Assembly: GCA_036741875.1 (NCBI GenBank)
Contig: DAINRM010000003.1
Location: forward strand, 6,683-70,682
DNA length: 64,000 bases
Source: Patescibacteria group bacterium
GTDB taxonomy: Bacteria; Patescibacteriota; Minisyncoccia; UBA6257; HR35
Reading direction: 5' to 3'
The notes below the pieces were generated by a model. The model made no database searches. It was not told where the DNA came from and worked only from the letters and a program-made list of their open reading frames with translations. Made by a program: the position numbers and the translations under genes. Positions within the stretch are counted from its first letter, which is position 1; every line of letters begins with the position of its first letter. Shown piece after piece: positions 9,543 to 18,445 of the stretch.

Positions 9543-11310
9543 TTTCTAAAAATCTTTCATAATAAATATACATTATTTTTTTAAATAAAGGAAGAGAAAC
9601 AACTGAACCGTAGGGTACTTCTTCTACAAGTAAAGTAGCACAAAATTCAGGTTTTTCATAGGGACCAAACCCAGAAAAAATAGCATTAAGTTTTTGTTTT
9701 CCTAAAATTTGTGGAGAGCCACTTTTGCCAGCTAAAGAAAAAGGAAGATCATTTAAAATCTTAGCCGTACCTTGAGTCACCGTCATTCTCATACCTTTTC
9801 TCACTATTTCAAAGTTTTCTTGAGAAATTATATTTTCTTTTAAAATTTCTGGAGTTTTTTTAATTATTTTATTTTCTTCTAAAGAAACAATTTTTTTAAC
9901 TAAAAAAGGTTTATAGATTTTACCATAAGCAAAATAACAGTTCCAAAGATTTATTTGAAGAGGAGTTACTAAAAGATCTCCTTGACCTATAGAAACGTTA
10001 TAAGTATCACCGAGTCTCCAAGAAGAAAGATTTTTATTTTGTTCAAGAGGAAGAATACCTCTTTTTTCTCCCAGAAGATCAATACCGCTTTTTTCTCCTA
10101 AACCAAATTTTTTAAAATAAAAATTAATTTTTTCAATACCTAAGCCTTTTCTTATAGGAATTTCTTCAGAAGGATAAGGATAACCTCCACCAACAGCATA
10201 AAAATAAATATTAACAGAATCAGAAATAGCTTTATAGATATCTGTCCAGCCATGAACTTTATTATCTTTAAAAACAGAATAAACTCCAGGAAAATAAGGA
10301 TGAGGAATTTTTAATTCTCCCGAAGAATAAATTTTTGTTTGGGGCGTAACTATTTTTTCTTCAAGAGCAGCTGAAGCTATAATGGTTTTAATAGTTGAAC
10401 CAGGTGAGTAAAGTCCCGAAATGACTCTGTTAAAAAATGGTTTTCGAGGATCATTTAAAATTTTAATAAATTCTTCTTTTCTTTCAAAAAGAGTATTAGG
10501 ATCAAAAGAAGGATAAGAGATAAGAGATAAAACTTCACCATTTTGAGGATCAGTTAAAACAAAAGCACCACTTTTGTATCCATTTTCTTCAAAATAATTT
10601 CTCATTTCTTCATAAACTTTTTCTTGAAAATCTTTGTCTAAAGTAAGATAAATATCTTGACCGGGGAGAGGTTCTTCTTCATAAATTTTTACTAAACCAT
10701 TTTTTGTTTTTTTAAAAACTATTTTTCCTAATTTTCCCTTTAAAATTTCATCATAATAAGCTTCAATACCTTCTTTACCTTCAAATTCTAAACTATTTTT
10801 CTCTGAAAGAGCTACATAACCTAAAACATTACCCCAAGCTTCATTTACGTAATAAACTCTTTTATAACTTGGAATTATAAAAATATGAGGATAGTCTTCT
10901 TTTCTTGACAAAATTTTGTTTACTTTATCTAAATCTAAAAATCTAATAATAATTTCATCTCCCCAATAAAAATAAAGAGGTTTTTCTTCTTTTATAATCT
11001 CTTCTAAAATTTTCTTTTCATGATCTTCTAACTTTTTAAGATGAGCATAAACATCGTAAGTTTTTTTTGAATCGGCTAAAATTTTTCCATTGCGATCATA
11101 AATCTTACCCCTGGGAGGAAAATAGAAAAAAGTTAAATAATTTGATGATTCTAAAATTTCTTTAGCACGATTTTTATAAAAAAATTGAAAATTTAAAAAG
11201 TTAAAAATTGTTAAAAGAAAAACAAACAAAAAGAAAAATATCAAATAAGAAAAATTAAATTTTATCGGAGAAAATATTTTTTTACCTGAAGGAAGAAATA
11301 AATCATCCAT
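9523..11310 (-). CDS. mrdA: Penicillin-binding protein 2 (elongasome transpeptidase)
   Basis: SxxK (SPGSTIKT), SxN (SDSVN) and KSG (GKSGSP) motifs with an N-terminal membrane anchor. Located directly downstream of mreBCD. Confidence 0.8.
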   Translation of the reverse strand: MDDLFLPSGKKIFSPIKFNFSYLIFFFLFVFLLTIFNFLNFQFFYKNRAKEILESSNYLTFFYFPPRGKIYDRNGKILADSKKTYDVYAHLKKLEDHEKKILEEIIKEEKPLYFYWGDEIIIRFLDLDKVNKILSRKEDYPHIFIIPSYKRVYYVNEAWGNVLGYVALSEKNSLEFEGKEGIEAYYDEILKGKLGKIVFKKTKNGLVKIYEEEPLPGQDIYLTLDKDFQEKVYEEMRNYFEENGYKSGAFVLTDPQNGEVLSLISYPSFDPNTLFERKEEFIKILNDPRKPFFNRVISGLYSPGSTIKTIIASAALEEKIVTPQTKIYSSGELKIPHPYFPGVYSVFKDNKVHGWTDIYKAISDSVNIYFYAVGGGYPYPSEEIPIRKGLGIEKINFYFKKFGLGEKSGIDLLGEKRGILPLEQNKNLSSWRLGDTYNVSIGQGDLLVTPLQINLWNCYFAYGKIYKPFLVKKIVSLEENKIIKKTPEILKENIISQENFEIVRKGMRMTVTQGTAKILNDLPFSLAGKSGSPQILGKQKLNAIFSGFGPYEKPEFCATLLVEEVPYGSVVSLPLFKKIMYIYYERFLENGRNSF

Positions 11311-11311
11311 T

Positions 11312-11713
11312 TTAAATAATCTTTAAAATTAGTTTCCAAAAAGCAAAAAAGATAAAAAGAGGAATAAGGTTATATATAAAAATTTTAAAAGAAAAAAGAA
11401 GTGATAGTTTTAAAGAAAAAATTAAAAAGATATTAAAAAAAGTAAAGTAAAGAAATAGAAAAAAATTATTTTCTAAAGGAAATATTTTAGAAAGAATTTT
11501 AATAATCAAAAAAAGGAAAGCATAAATTAAAAGAAAAAAACCTAAATTTTTGACATAAAAAAGATCGTAAAAAAATGAAGAGAAAAAAAGAAAGAGAAAA
11601 AAATTTTTTTCTTGTGAAGTTATAAAAAAATACCAAAGAAAAAAGTTAGCCCAAAAAATTTGTGGGATAAAAAAACTTAAAAGAGAAAGAAAAACGAGTG
11701 AAAAATAAATCAT
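11312..11713 (-). CDS. mreD: Rod shape-determining protein MreD (polytopic membrane protein)
   Basis: 133 aa, highly hydrophobic and F/L-rich. Call rests on its position between mreC and PBP2. Confidence 0.5.
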   Translation of the reverse strand: MIYFSLVFLSLLSFFIPQIFWANFFLWYFFITSQEKNFFLFLFFSSFFYDLFYVKNLGFFLLIYAFLFLIIKILSKIFPLENNFFLFLYFTFFNIFLIFSLKLSLLFSFKIFIYNLIPLFIFFAFWKLILKII

Positions 11714-12414
11714 TTAAAGAGATAAAAATTTTTACCATCAAAAATACCTTCTAATTTAACTATTAATTTTTCTTCTTTGTTTGTTTTTTTAATTTCATAA
11801 AGACTACCAACCAAAAAGTTAGGAGGAAAGATATTGTCTTGACCATAAGTAAAGATAGGAGAATCTTTTTTTATTTCTCTTGGTGAAGATAAAACAACCT
11901 CTAAAAAACCATCACCATTGGTTTCTCCTATTCCTAAAAACTCACCATTGATATCACTAACATTAAATTCAATTTCTGGATAAAGTAAAGATTTAACTAC
12001 CATAAAGCTTTTATTTTTTTTAAGAACAAAACCTATTAAAGTTAAATTAGAATCAACAATGATATCTCCTTCATTAGCTAAAGGATGAGTTTCAAAATAA
12101 AAATAACCATAAGGATCTCTTTTTAAAAATTCTATTTTTTTAAGATTTTTTAATTCGCTAATTTTTTTATTTTCTTCATCGACAGATTTTAAATTAAGCT
12201 TTATTTGTGAAAGTTCTTGTAAAAGATTAAAATATTTTTCTTGATAAATATCTTCTTTTTTATTTAAAACAAAAATATTTTCCAAAATATCAGTAAAAAT
12301 TTTTTGAATTTTTAAAGAAAATAGTTGGATTTTATTTATTTCTTCAGCAAAAACAAAAGTACTTAAACCAAGAAAAATTAAGGCTATGGTAATATAAATT
12401 AAAAATAATCTCAT
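11710..12414 (-). CDS. mreC: Rod shape-determining protein MreC
   Basis: N-terminal anchor, coiled-coil region, and C-terminal YGQDNIFPPNFLVGSLYEI resembling the conserved MreC G..FP.G.pVG motif. Position after mreB. Confidence 0.65.
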   Translation of the reverse strand: MRLFLIYITIALIFLGLSTFVFAEEINKIQLFSLKIQKIFTDILENIFVLNKKEDIYQEKYFNLLQELSQIKLNLKSVDEENKKISELKNLKKIEFLKRDPYGYFYFETHPLANEGDIIVDSNLTLIGFVLKKNKSFMVVKSLLYPEIEFNVSDINGEFLGIGETNGDGFLEVVLSSPREIKKDSPIFTYGQDNIFPPNFLVGSLYEIKKTNKEEKLIVKLEGIFDGKNFYLFK

Positions 12415-13430
12415 TAGAAAGTAAGTAAGATTTTTTGATAACGACTAAAATCTTCTATTATTTTACCAATTCCTCTAATTACTGAAAACTTTGGTTCTTC
12501 AATTAAATTAACTTTAACTTTTACTTCTTTTTCTAAAAAAGCATCTATCCCTTCAATTAAAGATCCTCCTCCGCCTAAAAAGAGTCCTAAATTACTTATA
12601 TCACCTAAAAGATCGGGAGGGGCAGAATTAATGATATCTTTAAGATGATTGGCTATTTCTAAAAGAGATTCGAAAAGACTTTCGCGAAGGTCTTGAGAAG
12701 TAAAAACTACTTCTTTGGGAAGTCCGGAATAGATATCTCTTCCTTTAACAACGAAACTTGGTGATGTTTTATTATTTATTGAACTTATAGTCATTTTTAT
12801 ATTTTCTGCCTGACTTTCACCAATGATTACCTCATATTTTTCCTTAAGATAATTTATAATATTTTGATTAAATGTCTCTCCACCAATCCTGATACTTTTA
12901 CCTATTACAATTCCACCTAAGGAAATTAAGGCGATATCTGTCGTTCCTCCACCAATATCAACCACCAAAAATCCTTTTGCTTCTTCAATCTCTAAATTAG
13001 CTCCTAAAGCAAAAGCAATTGGTTCTTCAACTAAATAAACTTTTTTAGCCCCAGCACCAATACCTACATCAATAACTCCTCTTTTTTGAACCTCGGTAAG
13101 TCCTAAGGGTACACCAATTAAAAATTTTGTTCCTAAAAGAGCAAAGTATTCTTTTTTAATTTCTTCTAAAAGGTAATTTAAAAAATAAAGAGCTTCATCA
13201 AAATTAGTCACAATTCCATGGGTTAGTGGTTTAATTACTTCTATATTTTCAGGATTTCTTCCCAACATTTTTCTTGCTTCCTCACCGATAGCGACAATTA
13301 AGTTTTGTCTTTTATTAAAAGCGATTACTGTAGGTACTTCTTTTAAAAATCCTTTATCTTTGAGGTAAAGCTTCGTTGAATGAGTTCCTAAATCTACTCC
13401 TAAAAAAATTTCTTTAAGAAATTTAATCAT
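12414..13430 (-). CDS. mreB: MreB/Mbl-like actin homolog
   Basis: KFLKEIFLGVDLGTHSTKLY...DIGGGTTDIALISLGG...LGGGGSLIEGI are actin-fold phosphate/adenosine motifs. Start is taken at the internal ATG (MIKFLKE), which abuts the proS stop. The ORF track begins 20 codons upstream. Confidence 0.8.
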   Translation of the reverse strand: MIKFLKEIFLGVDLGTHSTKLYLKDKGFLKEVPTVIAFNKRQNLIVAIGEEARKMLGRNPENIEVIKPLTHGIVTNFDEALYFLNYLLEEIKKEYFALLGTKFLIGVPLGLTEVQKRGVIDVGIGAGAKKVYLVEEPIAFALGANLEIEEAKGFLVVDIGGGTTDIALISLGGIVIGKSIRIGGETFNQNIINYLKEKYEVIIGESQAENIKMTISSINNKTSPSFVVKGRDIYSGLPKEVVFTSQDLRESLFESLLEIANHLKDIINSAPPDLLGDISNLGLFLGGGGSLIEGIDAFLEKEVKVKVNLIEEPKFSVIRGIGKIIEDFSRYQKILLTF

Positions 13431-13432
13431 TT

Positions 13433-14857
13433 TTAATAACTTTGAGCAAAAAGCCAACGACGTTTTGCTTCTTTTTGGCAATAAATACATTTACCTTTTT
13501 CTTCATTAAATTCAAGAGGTAAACATCTGGTTGTTGCTTTTGTTTCTTCTTTAATCTTAGTTTCACATTCTTCTCTTTCACACCAAAAAGCACTTAAAAA
13601 TCCCCTTTTTTCTTCCATAACTTTTTTAAACTCCTCATAAGAATTAACCTCAAATAAATTTTCCAAAGTGAAATTTCTTGATTTTTCTAAAAGATTAGAA
13701 AGATATTCTTCTTCTAATTTTTTTAAATTTTCTAAAAGATTTTCTAAACTTAAACTTGATTTTTCACGTATGTCTCTTCTAAAAAAAGTAATTTTCTTTT
13801 CTTCTATTTCTTTTTTACCTATTTCTAAACGAAAAGGCGCTCCTTTAAGTTCCCATTTGTTAAATTTAAATCCTGGTGTTTCTTCTGAAATATCATAAAA
13901 AACAGAAATATTTTTTTCTTTTAAAACTTCGATAATTTTTTTAGCGAAAAGATCTATTTTTTCATTATTTTCTCCATCGTAAATAGGTACAATGACAAAT
14001 TCATAAGGAGCTATTTTAGGAGGTAAAATTAGACCATATTCATCTCCGTGAACCATAAAAAGAGCACCTAGTGATCTAGTAGAAAAACCCCAAGAATTTT
14101 GCCAAACATATTTTAAAGACATATCTTTGTCTTGAAATCTAATTTCGAAAGGTATAGAAAAGTTTTGACCCAAATCATGAGAAGTACAACCTTGAAGAGC
14201 TTTTCCATCGGGCATAAGAATTTCATAAGTAAAAGTTTTAAGAGCTCCTGCAAATTTTTCCGATTCTGATTTTTGTCCAGCAAAACCAAAAATACCCAGA
14301 TATTCTTGGTAAACCTTTAAATAAACTTCTAAGGCTTTTAAAACTGTTTTCAAAGAATCTTCATGAGTAGCGTGAGCTCCGTGTCCTTCTTGCCATAAAA
14401 ATTCTGTGTTTCTTAAAAAAGGAAATGGTCTTTTTTCCCAACGAATTACATTACACCATTGATTGATAATTAAAGGAAGGTCTCGATAAGATTTTATCCA
14501 TCTTGAAAAAGCATCATACATAATTGTTTCCGATGTTGGTCTGACAATAAGCTTTTCACTTAACTCTTCACCTCCAGCATAAGTCACTACAGCTACTTCT
14601 GGAGAAAAGCCTTCTAAATGTTCTTTTTCTTTTTTTAAAAACCCCTCAGGAATAAATATAGGAAAATAAGAATTTAAAGCACCAATTTCCTCTTTTATAA
14701 ATTTATCTAAAATTTTTTGAAGATTTTCCCACAAAGCATACCCATAAGGTTTAAAAATAATGGTTCCTTTTACCGGACCATAATCAAAAACTTCTGCTTC
14801 TTTTAAAATTTCTAAATACCATTCAGAAATATTTTCTTTGTTTCTCGGATAAAACAT
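13433..14857 (-). CDS. proS: Prolyl-tRNA synthetase, archaeal/eukaryotic-type
   Basis: 474 aa. Starts MFYPRNKENISEWYLEILKEAEVFDY..., has class II motifs and a C-terminal Zn-binding tail CIYCQKEAKRRWLFAQSY ending in Tyr. Confidence 0.9.
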   Translation of the reverse strand: MFYPRNKENISEWYLEILKEAEVFDYGPVKGTIIFKPYGYALWENLQKILDKFIKEEIGALNSYFPIFIPEGFLKKEKEHLEGFSPEVAVVTYAGGEELSEKLIVRPTSETIMYDAFSRWIKSYRDLPLIINQWCNVIRWEKRPFPFLRNTEFLWQEGHGAHATHEDSLKTVLKALEVYLKVYQEYLGIFGFAGQKSESEKFAGALKTFTYEILMPDGKALQGCTSHDLGQNFSIPFEIRFQDKDMSLKYVWQNSWGFSTRSLGALFMVHGDEYGLILPPKIAPYEFVIVPIYDGENNEKIDLFAKKIIEVLKEKNISVFYDISEETPGFKFNKWELKGAPFRLEIGKKEIEEKKITFFRRDIREKSSLSLENLLENLKKLEEEYLSNLLEKSRNFTLENLFEVNSYEEFKKVMEEKRGFLSAFWCEREECETKIKEETKATTRCLPLEFNEEKGKCIYCQKEAKRRWLFAQSY

Positions 14858-15897
14858 TACTCAAATAATTTTAAAACATCTTTTAAAGTAATAAAAATAA
14901 GAAGCAGAAAAAGAAAAATAAAACCTAGGGTATGAATTAAAGCTTCAAATTTAATTTCTAGCCTCTTTTTAAAAGTTACTTCTGTTAAGATAAAAATTAA
15001 TCTTCCACCGTCTAAAGCTGGAAAAGGAAGTAAGTTAAAAAAAGCAAGATAAAGAGAAAGTGTACCTATAAAATAAAGAACGTAGCCTAAACCAAATTCT
15101 TTTATGTTTCGATAATAACTAAAAATACCTATCGGGCCAACAATTTCTGCTTGTATTTTTTCTTTAAAGAAAATACTTTTAAAAATTGAGTAAAAACCAA
15201 GAAAAATATTTTTTGTTTGTCTAAAGACTTCATGAGCAGCATACAGAAAATTTAAAGGTAAAGGTTTTTTAACCAACTTAAAATTAGAAAGGTAGATTCC
15301 TAAAACAGCATTTTTCTTAAGTGGTTTTTCTGGTATAATGACCTCGAATTTTTCTTCTTTGCCCTCCCTTGTCACCAAAAATAAAACTTTTTCACCAAGA
15401 TTTTCTTTTAAAAAATTTGAGACTTCTTGAGGATTTTTAAAATAAAAAATTTTGCCTTCTTTTTCTATGCTTTCAATAATATCACCTCTCTTGAAAACAT
15501 TTTTAAAATGACTTTCTTCTAAAAAACCTGTAATTATTACTTTATCCGAAGATTGTGGAAAGGAAATTAAATAACTTAAAGAAAAAAGAAAGTAAGCTAA
15601 AAAAATATTCATAAGAATTCCTCCTGTCACAATAAAAAATCTTATTTTAGGAGAGGAAGCTAAAAAACCACCTTCTTCTATTTCTTCCTCTCCTTTAAGC
15701 TTAACAAAACCACCCAAAAGTAGAACTCCTAAACTATATAAGGTCTCACCGATTTTTTTTGTAAAAATAAAGGGAGGAAAACCCAAAGAAAAATGTAAAA
15801 CAGGAATTTTATATTTTTTGGCAAAAAGAAAATGTCCAAATTCATGAACAAAAATAATTAAATTTAAGAAAAATAGAAATGTAAGGATCTCAATCAT
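14857..15897 (-). CDS. rseP: Site-2 (RIP) zinc metalloprotease RseP/M50 family
   Basis: HEFGH motif near the N-terminus and LNLLPFPALDGGRL (LDG motif). Multi-TM. Confidence 0.8.
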   Translation of the reverse strand: MIEILTFLFFLNLIIFVHEFGHFLFAKKYKIPVLHFSLGFPPFIFTKKIGETLYSLGVLLLGGFVKLKGEEEIEEGGFLASSPKIRFFIVTGGILMNIFLAYFLFSLSYLISFPQSSDKVIITGFLEESHFKNVFKRGDIIESIEKEGKIFYFKNPQEVSNFLKENLGEKVLFLVTREGKEEKFEVIIPEKPLKKNAVLGIYLSNFKLVKKPLPLNFLYAAHEVFRQTKNIFLGFYSIFKSIFFKEKIQAEIVGPIGIFSYYRNIKEFGLGYVLYFIGTLSLYLAFFNLLPFPALDGGRLIFILTEVTFKKRLEIKFEALIHTLGFIFLFLLLIFITLKDVLKLFE

Positions 15898-16433
15898 AGG
15901 ATTTCTTTTTCCTTGAGTTGGAAAATTTCTTCGACAGACTTGTTAAATCTTTCTATTTCTTCATCAACTTTTTCTCTTGTTTTATAAAAATCATCCTCAG
16001 AAATCTCACCTTTTTCTTTTTTATTTCTAAGTTCCTTTAAAAATTCATCTCTTAATTTTCTAGCTTTAATTCTTATTTCTTCTTTAAGTTCAGCTAAGGT
16101 TTTTAAAATTCTCTTCTTTGTTTCTTCTGTTAAAGGAGGAAATTTTATAATCAAAGATTTTCTTTCTCTTGAAAGATTAAGACCGAGATTTTTATTTCTT
16201 AATCCAGACTCAATCTCTCCTAAAGAGTTTTCATCAAAAGCTTCAAAACGAAAAGTTAAATGATCTAATTGGGAAATAAAACCTAAAGATTTTAAAGGAT
16301 AATCTCTACCATAAATTTCGATTTCCAAATTTTCTAAAAAAGAAAGACCTAAACGATGACCTCTAATTTCACTTAATTTTGCTTTAAGTTCACTAACTAA
16401 GTTATCTAAATTTTTTTTAAATTCTTGTAACAT
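15894..16433 (-). CDS. frr: Ribosome recycling factor
   Basis: 179 aa with an RRF-like charged C-terminal helix region ...EETKKRILKTLAELKEEIRIKARKLRDEFLKELR.... Confidence 0.85.
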   Translation of the reverse strand: MLQEFKKNLDNLVSELKAKLSEIRGHRLGLSFLENLEIEIYGRDYPLKSLGFISQLDHLTFRFEAFDENSLGEIESGLRNKNLGLNLSRERKSLIIKFPPLTEETKKRILKTLAELKEEIRIKARKLRDEFLKELRNKKEKGEISEDDFYKTREKVDEEIERFNKSVEEIFQLKEKEIL

Positions 16434-16441
16434 TGAGATTT

Positions 16442-16594
16442 TTATTTCAAATTTCGACTCGGTGATTTAATAATTTCTTCTTTAAAATTTTCAAACTCTT
16501 TTTGAAAAGATGTTGAGGTAATTAAAATTTTAAATAAGAAAAGAATTAAAACAATCAAAAAAAATTTTTTTAAAGTTTGCCAAGCTTTATCCAT
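16442..16594 (-). CDS. Possible small membrane protein (50 aa), absent from the ORF track
   Basis: ATG at 16592-16594 through TAA at 16442-16444 gives MDKAWQTLKKFFLIVLILFLFKILITSTSFQKEFENFKEEIIKSPSRNLK, with one predicted TM. It fills the 153-nt gap between holB and frr. Confidence 0.2.
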   Translation of the reverse strand: MDKAWQTLKKFFLIVLILFLFKILITSTSFQKEFENFKEEIIKSPSRNLK

Positions 16595-17441
16595 AGCTTA
16601 AAATTAAACTTGTAAGTTGAAGGAACCAATTATAATCTTGATCAGTTTCACTGTAAAGATCAAGAAGGTCTTTTATTTCAAAGAGATGTTTTTGATTAAT
16701 TTCTTTTAAAGAAACAGCTTTTTCTATAAGTTCTTTTCTTTTTTTAAGAATTAAAAGCTCAATGATTTCTTTATAAATTTTATTAATTTTTTCGCTAAAA
16801 TCTAAATTTTTTTCTAAGTCAAAATAGTTAAAAACATTTCTTAAAAGCTCTATTTTTTCTAAGGAAGTTGCTTGAAAATAAAAATTTTTATAAAAAGTAA
16901 TTTTTTGCTTATTTTTAATAAGATTATATGCTTTACCTGGTTGATAAGGAAAAAAGGAAAAAGCAAAATCAATGTCTGCTTCTGAAAAATTTTTTTCCTT
17001 AAGAAATTTTAAAGTAAGTTCTTGAGGAACTAAAGAAAATTTAATTTCTAAACTTCGAGATCTTATTGTAGGTAAAATTTTCTTTTTTTGATGGGAAATA
17101 AAAACAAAAAGAGTATCTGAAACTGGTTCTTCAATAGTTTTTAAAAGCACGTTTTGACTTTCTTCTTTAAATTTATGTATTTCATCGATTAGAATAATTC
17201 TTTTATTTTTTGGTTTAGTTAAAGTAATTTTACCTATGAATCTGGCTGAATCGATACTAAAAATTTTTTTATCTGATTTAAAGATTATATATTCCCATTC
17301 ATTTTTTTTGTCTTTTAAAATTTCTTTCACAAAAGAAAATTTTCCTATTCCTTCAGGACCAAAAATTAAAAGAGCTCCTCTTTTTTCTAATAATAACCAT
17401 TCTTTTACTAAGTTTTGTTCTTTTTCATTACCATAAATCAT
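16587..17441 (-). CDS. holB: DNA polymerase III delta-prime subunit-like AAA+ clamp-loader protein
   Basis: LLIFGPEGIGKFSFVKEIL (Walker A-like), IILIDEIHKF (Walker B), TLFVFISHQKKKILPTIRSRS (sensor / SRC-like). Confidence 0.7.
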   Translation of the reverse strand: MIYGNEKEQNLVKEWLLLEKRGALLIFGPEGIGKFSFVKEILKDKKNEWEYIIFKSDKKIFSIDSARFIGKITLTKPKNKRIILIDEIHKFKEESQNVLLKTIEEPVSDTLFVFISHQKKKILPTIRSRSLEIKFSLVPQELTLKFLKEKNFSEADIDFAFSFFPYQPGKAYNLIKNKQKITFYKNFYFQATSLEKIELLRNVFNYFDLEKNLDFSEKINKIYKEIIELLILKKRKELIEKAVSLKEINQKHLFEIKDLLDLYSETDQDYNWFLQLTSLILSYG

Positions 17442-18445
17442 GAAGTTAATCTTTTATAAATATCAATTTTTTCTAAGACCTTACCTGTTCCTCTAGCTAC
17501 AGCAAAAAGAGGATTTTCAGCAATAAAAGTTTTAATAGAAGTTTGTGAAGAAATAAGTTCGTCAATTTTTCTTAAAAGAGCTCCACCACCAGAAAGAACA
17601 ATACCTTTTTCCATAATGTCAGCCACAAGTTCTGGTGGTGTATTGGCTAAAACTCTCTTAATGCCACTGATAATTTCTTTAAGTTCCTTTTGAAGAGCTT
17701 CAGCTACATGAGAAGAAGTTATCTCCACACTTTTAGGAAGTCCGGTTAGATAATCAATGCCATTAACAATCATTTTAAGATCTTCTTGATTTTTATGATT
17801 TTTAAAAGGTAAAGCACTGCCTATTTGGATTTTAATCTGTTCTGCAGTTCTTTCTCCTATAGCTAAATTAAATTTTCTTTTAAGATACTCTCTAATAGCT
17901 TCATCCATTTTATCGCCAGCAATTTTAAGAGATTCAAAAGTCACAATACCACCTAAAGAAATAACAGCTATTTCTGTAGTTCCTCCTCCGATATTGACAA
18001 TCATATTTCCTGAAGGTGTTTGAATAGGCATTTCTGCACCAAGAGCAGCTAAAAGGGGTTCTTTGATAGGATAAACTTCACGAGCACCAGCTTCAAGACC
18101 TGCATCAATGATAGCTTTCTTTTCTGTAGAACTAATACCTGCAGGTACAGAAACAACTAAAGTTGGTTTAAAAAATTTAGTGATTTTGATTTTATTTAAG
18201 AAATATTTTAAAATAGCTAAAGTAGCTTGGTAATCAGCAATAACACCCTCTTTAAGTGGTCTATAAATCTTAATTTCTCTGGGGGTTTTACCGATCATCT
18301 CTTTAGCTTCTCTACCAACAGCAATAATTTTTCTAGATTTTTCATCATAAGCAACAACCGTGGGTTCGCTAATTATCACTCCTTTTTCTGGAAGATAAAC
18401 GTTAGAATTGGCTGTACCCAGGTCAATACCTATTTTAAGAAACAT
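17438..18445 (-). CDS. mreB: Rod shape-determining protein MreB
   Basis: MFLKIGIDLGTANSNVYLPEKGVIISEPTVVAYDEK...NIGGGTTEIAVISLGG...LSGGGALLRKIDELI is canonical MreB. Confidence 0.9.
   Translation of the reverse strand: MFLKIGIDLGTANSNVYLPEKGVIISEPTVVAYDEKSRKIIAVGREAKEMIGKTPREIKIYRPLKEGVIADYQATLAILKYFLNKIKITKFFKPTLVVSVPAGISSTEKKAIIDAGLEAGAREVYPIKEPLLAALGAEMPIQTPSGNMIVNIGGGTTEIAVISLGGIVTFESLKIAGDKMDEAIREYLKRKFNLAIGERTAEQIKIQIGSALPFKNHKNQEDLKMIVNGIDYLTGLPKSVEITSSHVAEALQKELKEIISGIKRVLANTPPELVADIMEKGIVLSGGGALLRKIDELISSQTSIKTFIAENPLFAVARGTGKVLEKIDIYKRLTS

Noticed and set aside
11312-11713. Extremely A/T-rich, repeat-looking DNA (long runs of aaaa/tttt with recurring short words), considered as a possible repeat or CRISPR-like region
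   Set aside because: It has no regular repeat-spacer periodicity. It encodes a continuous F/L/K-rich polytopic ORF at the mreD position, so the low complexity reflects hydrophobic-codon bias in an AT-rich genome.
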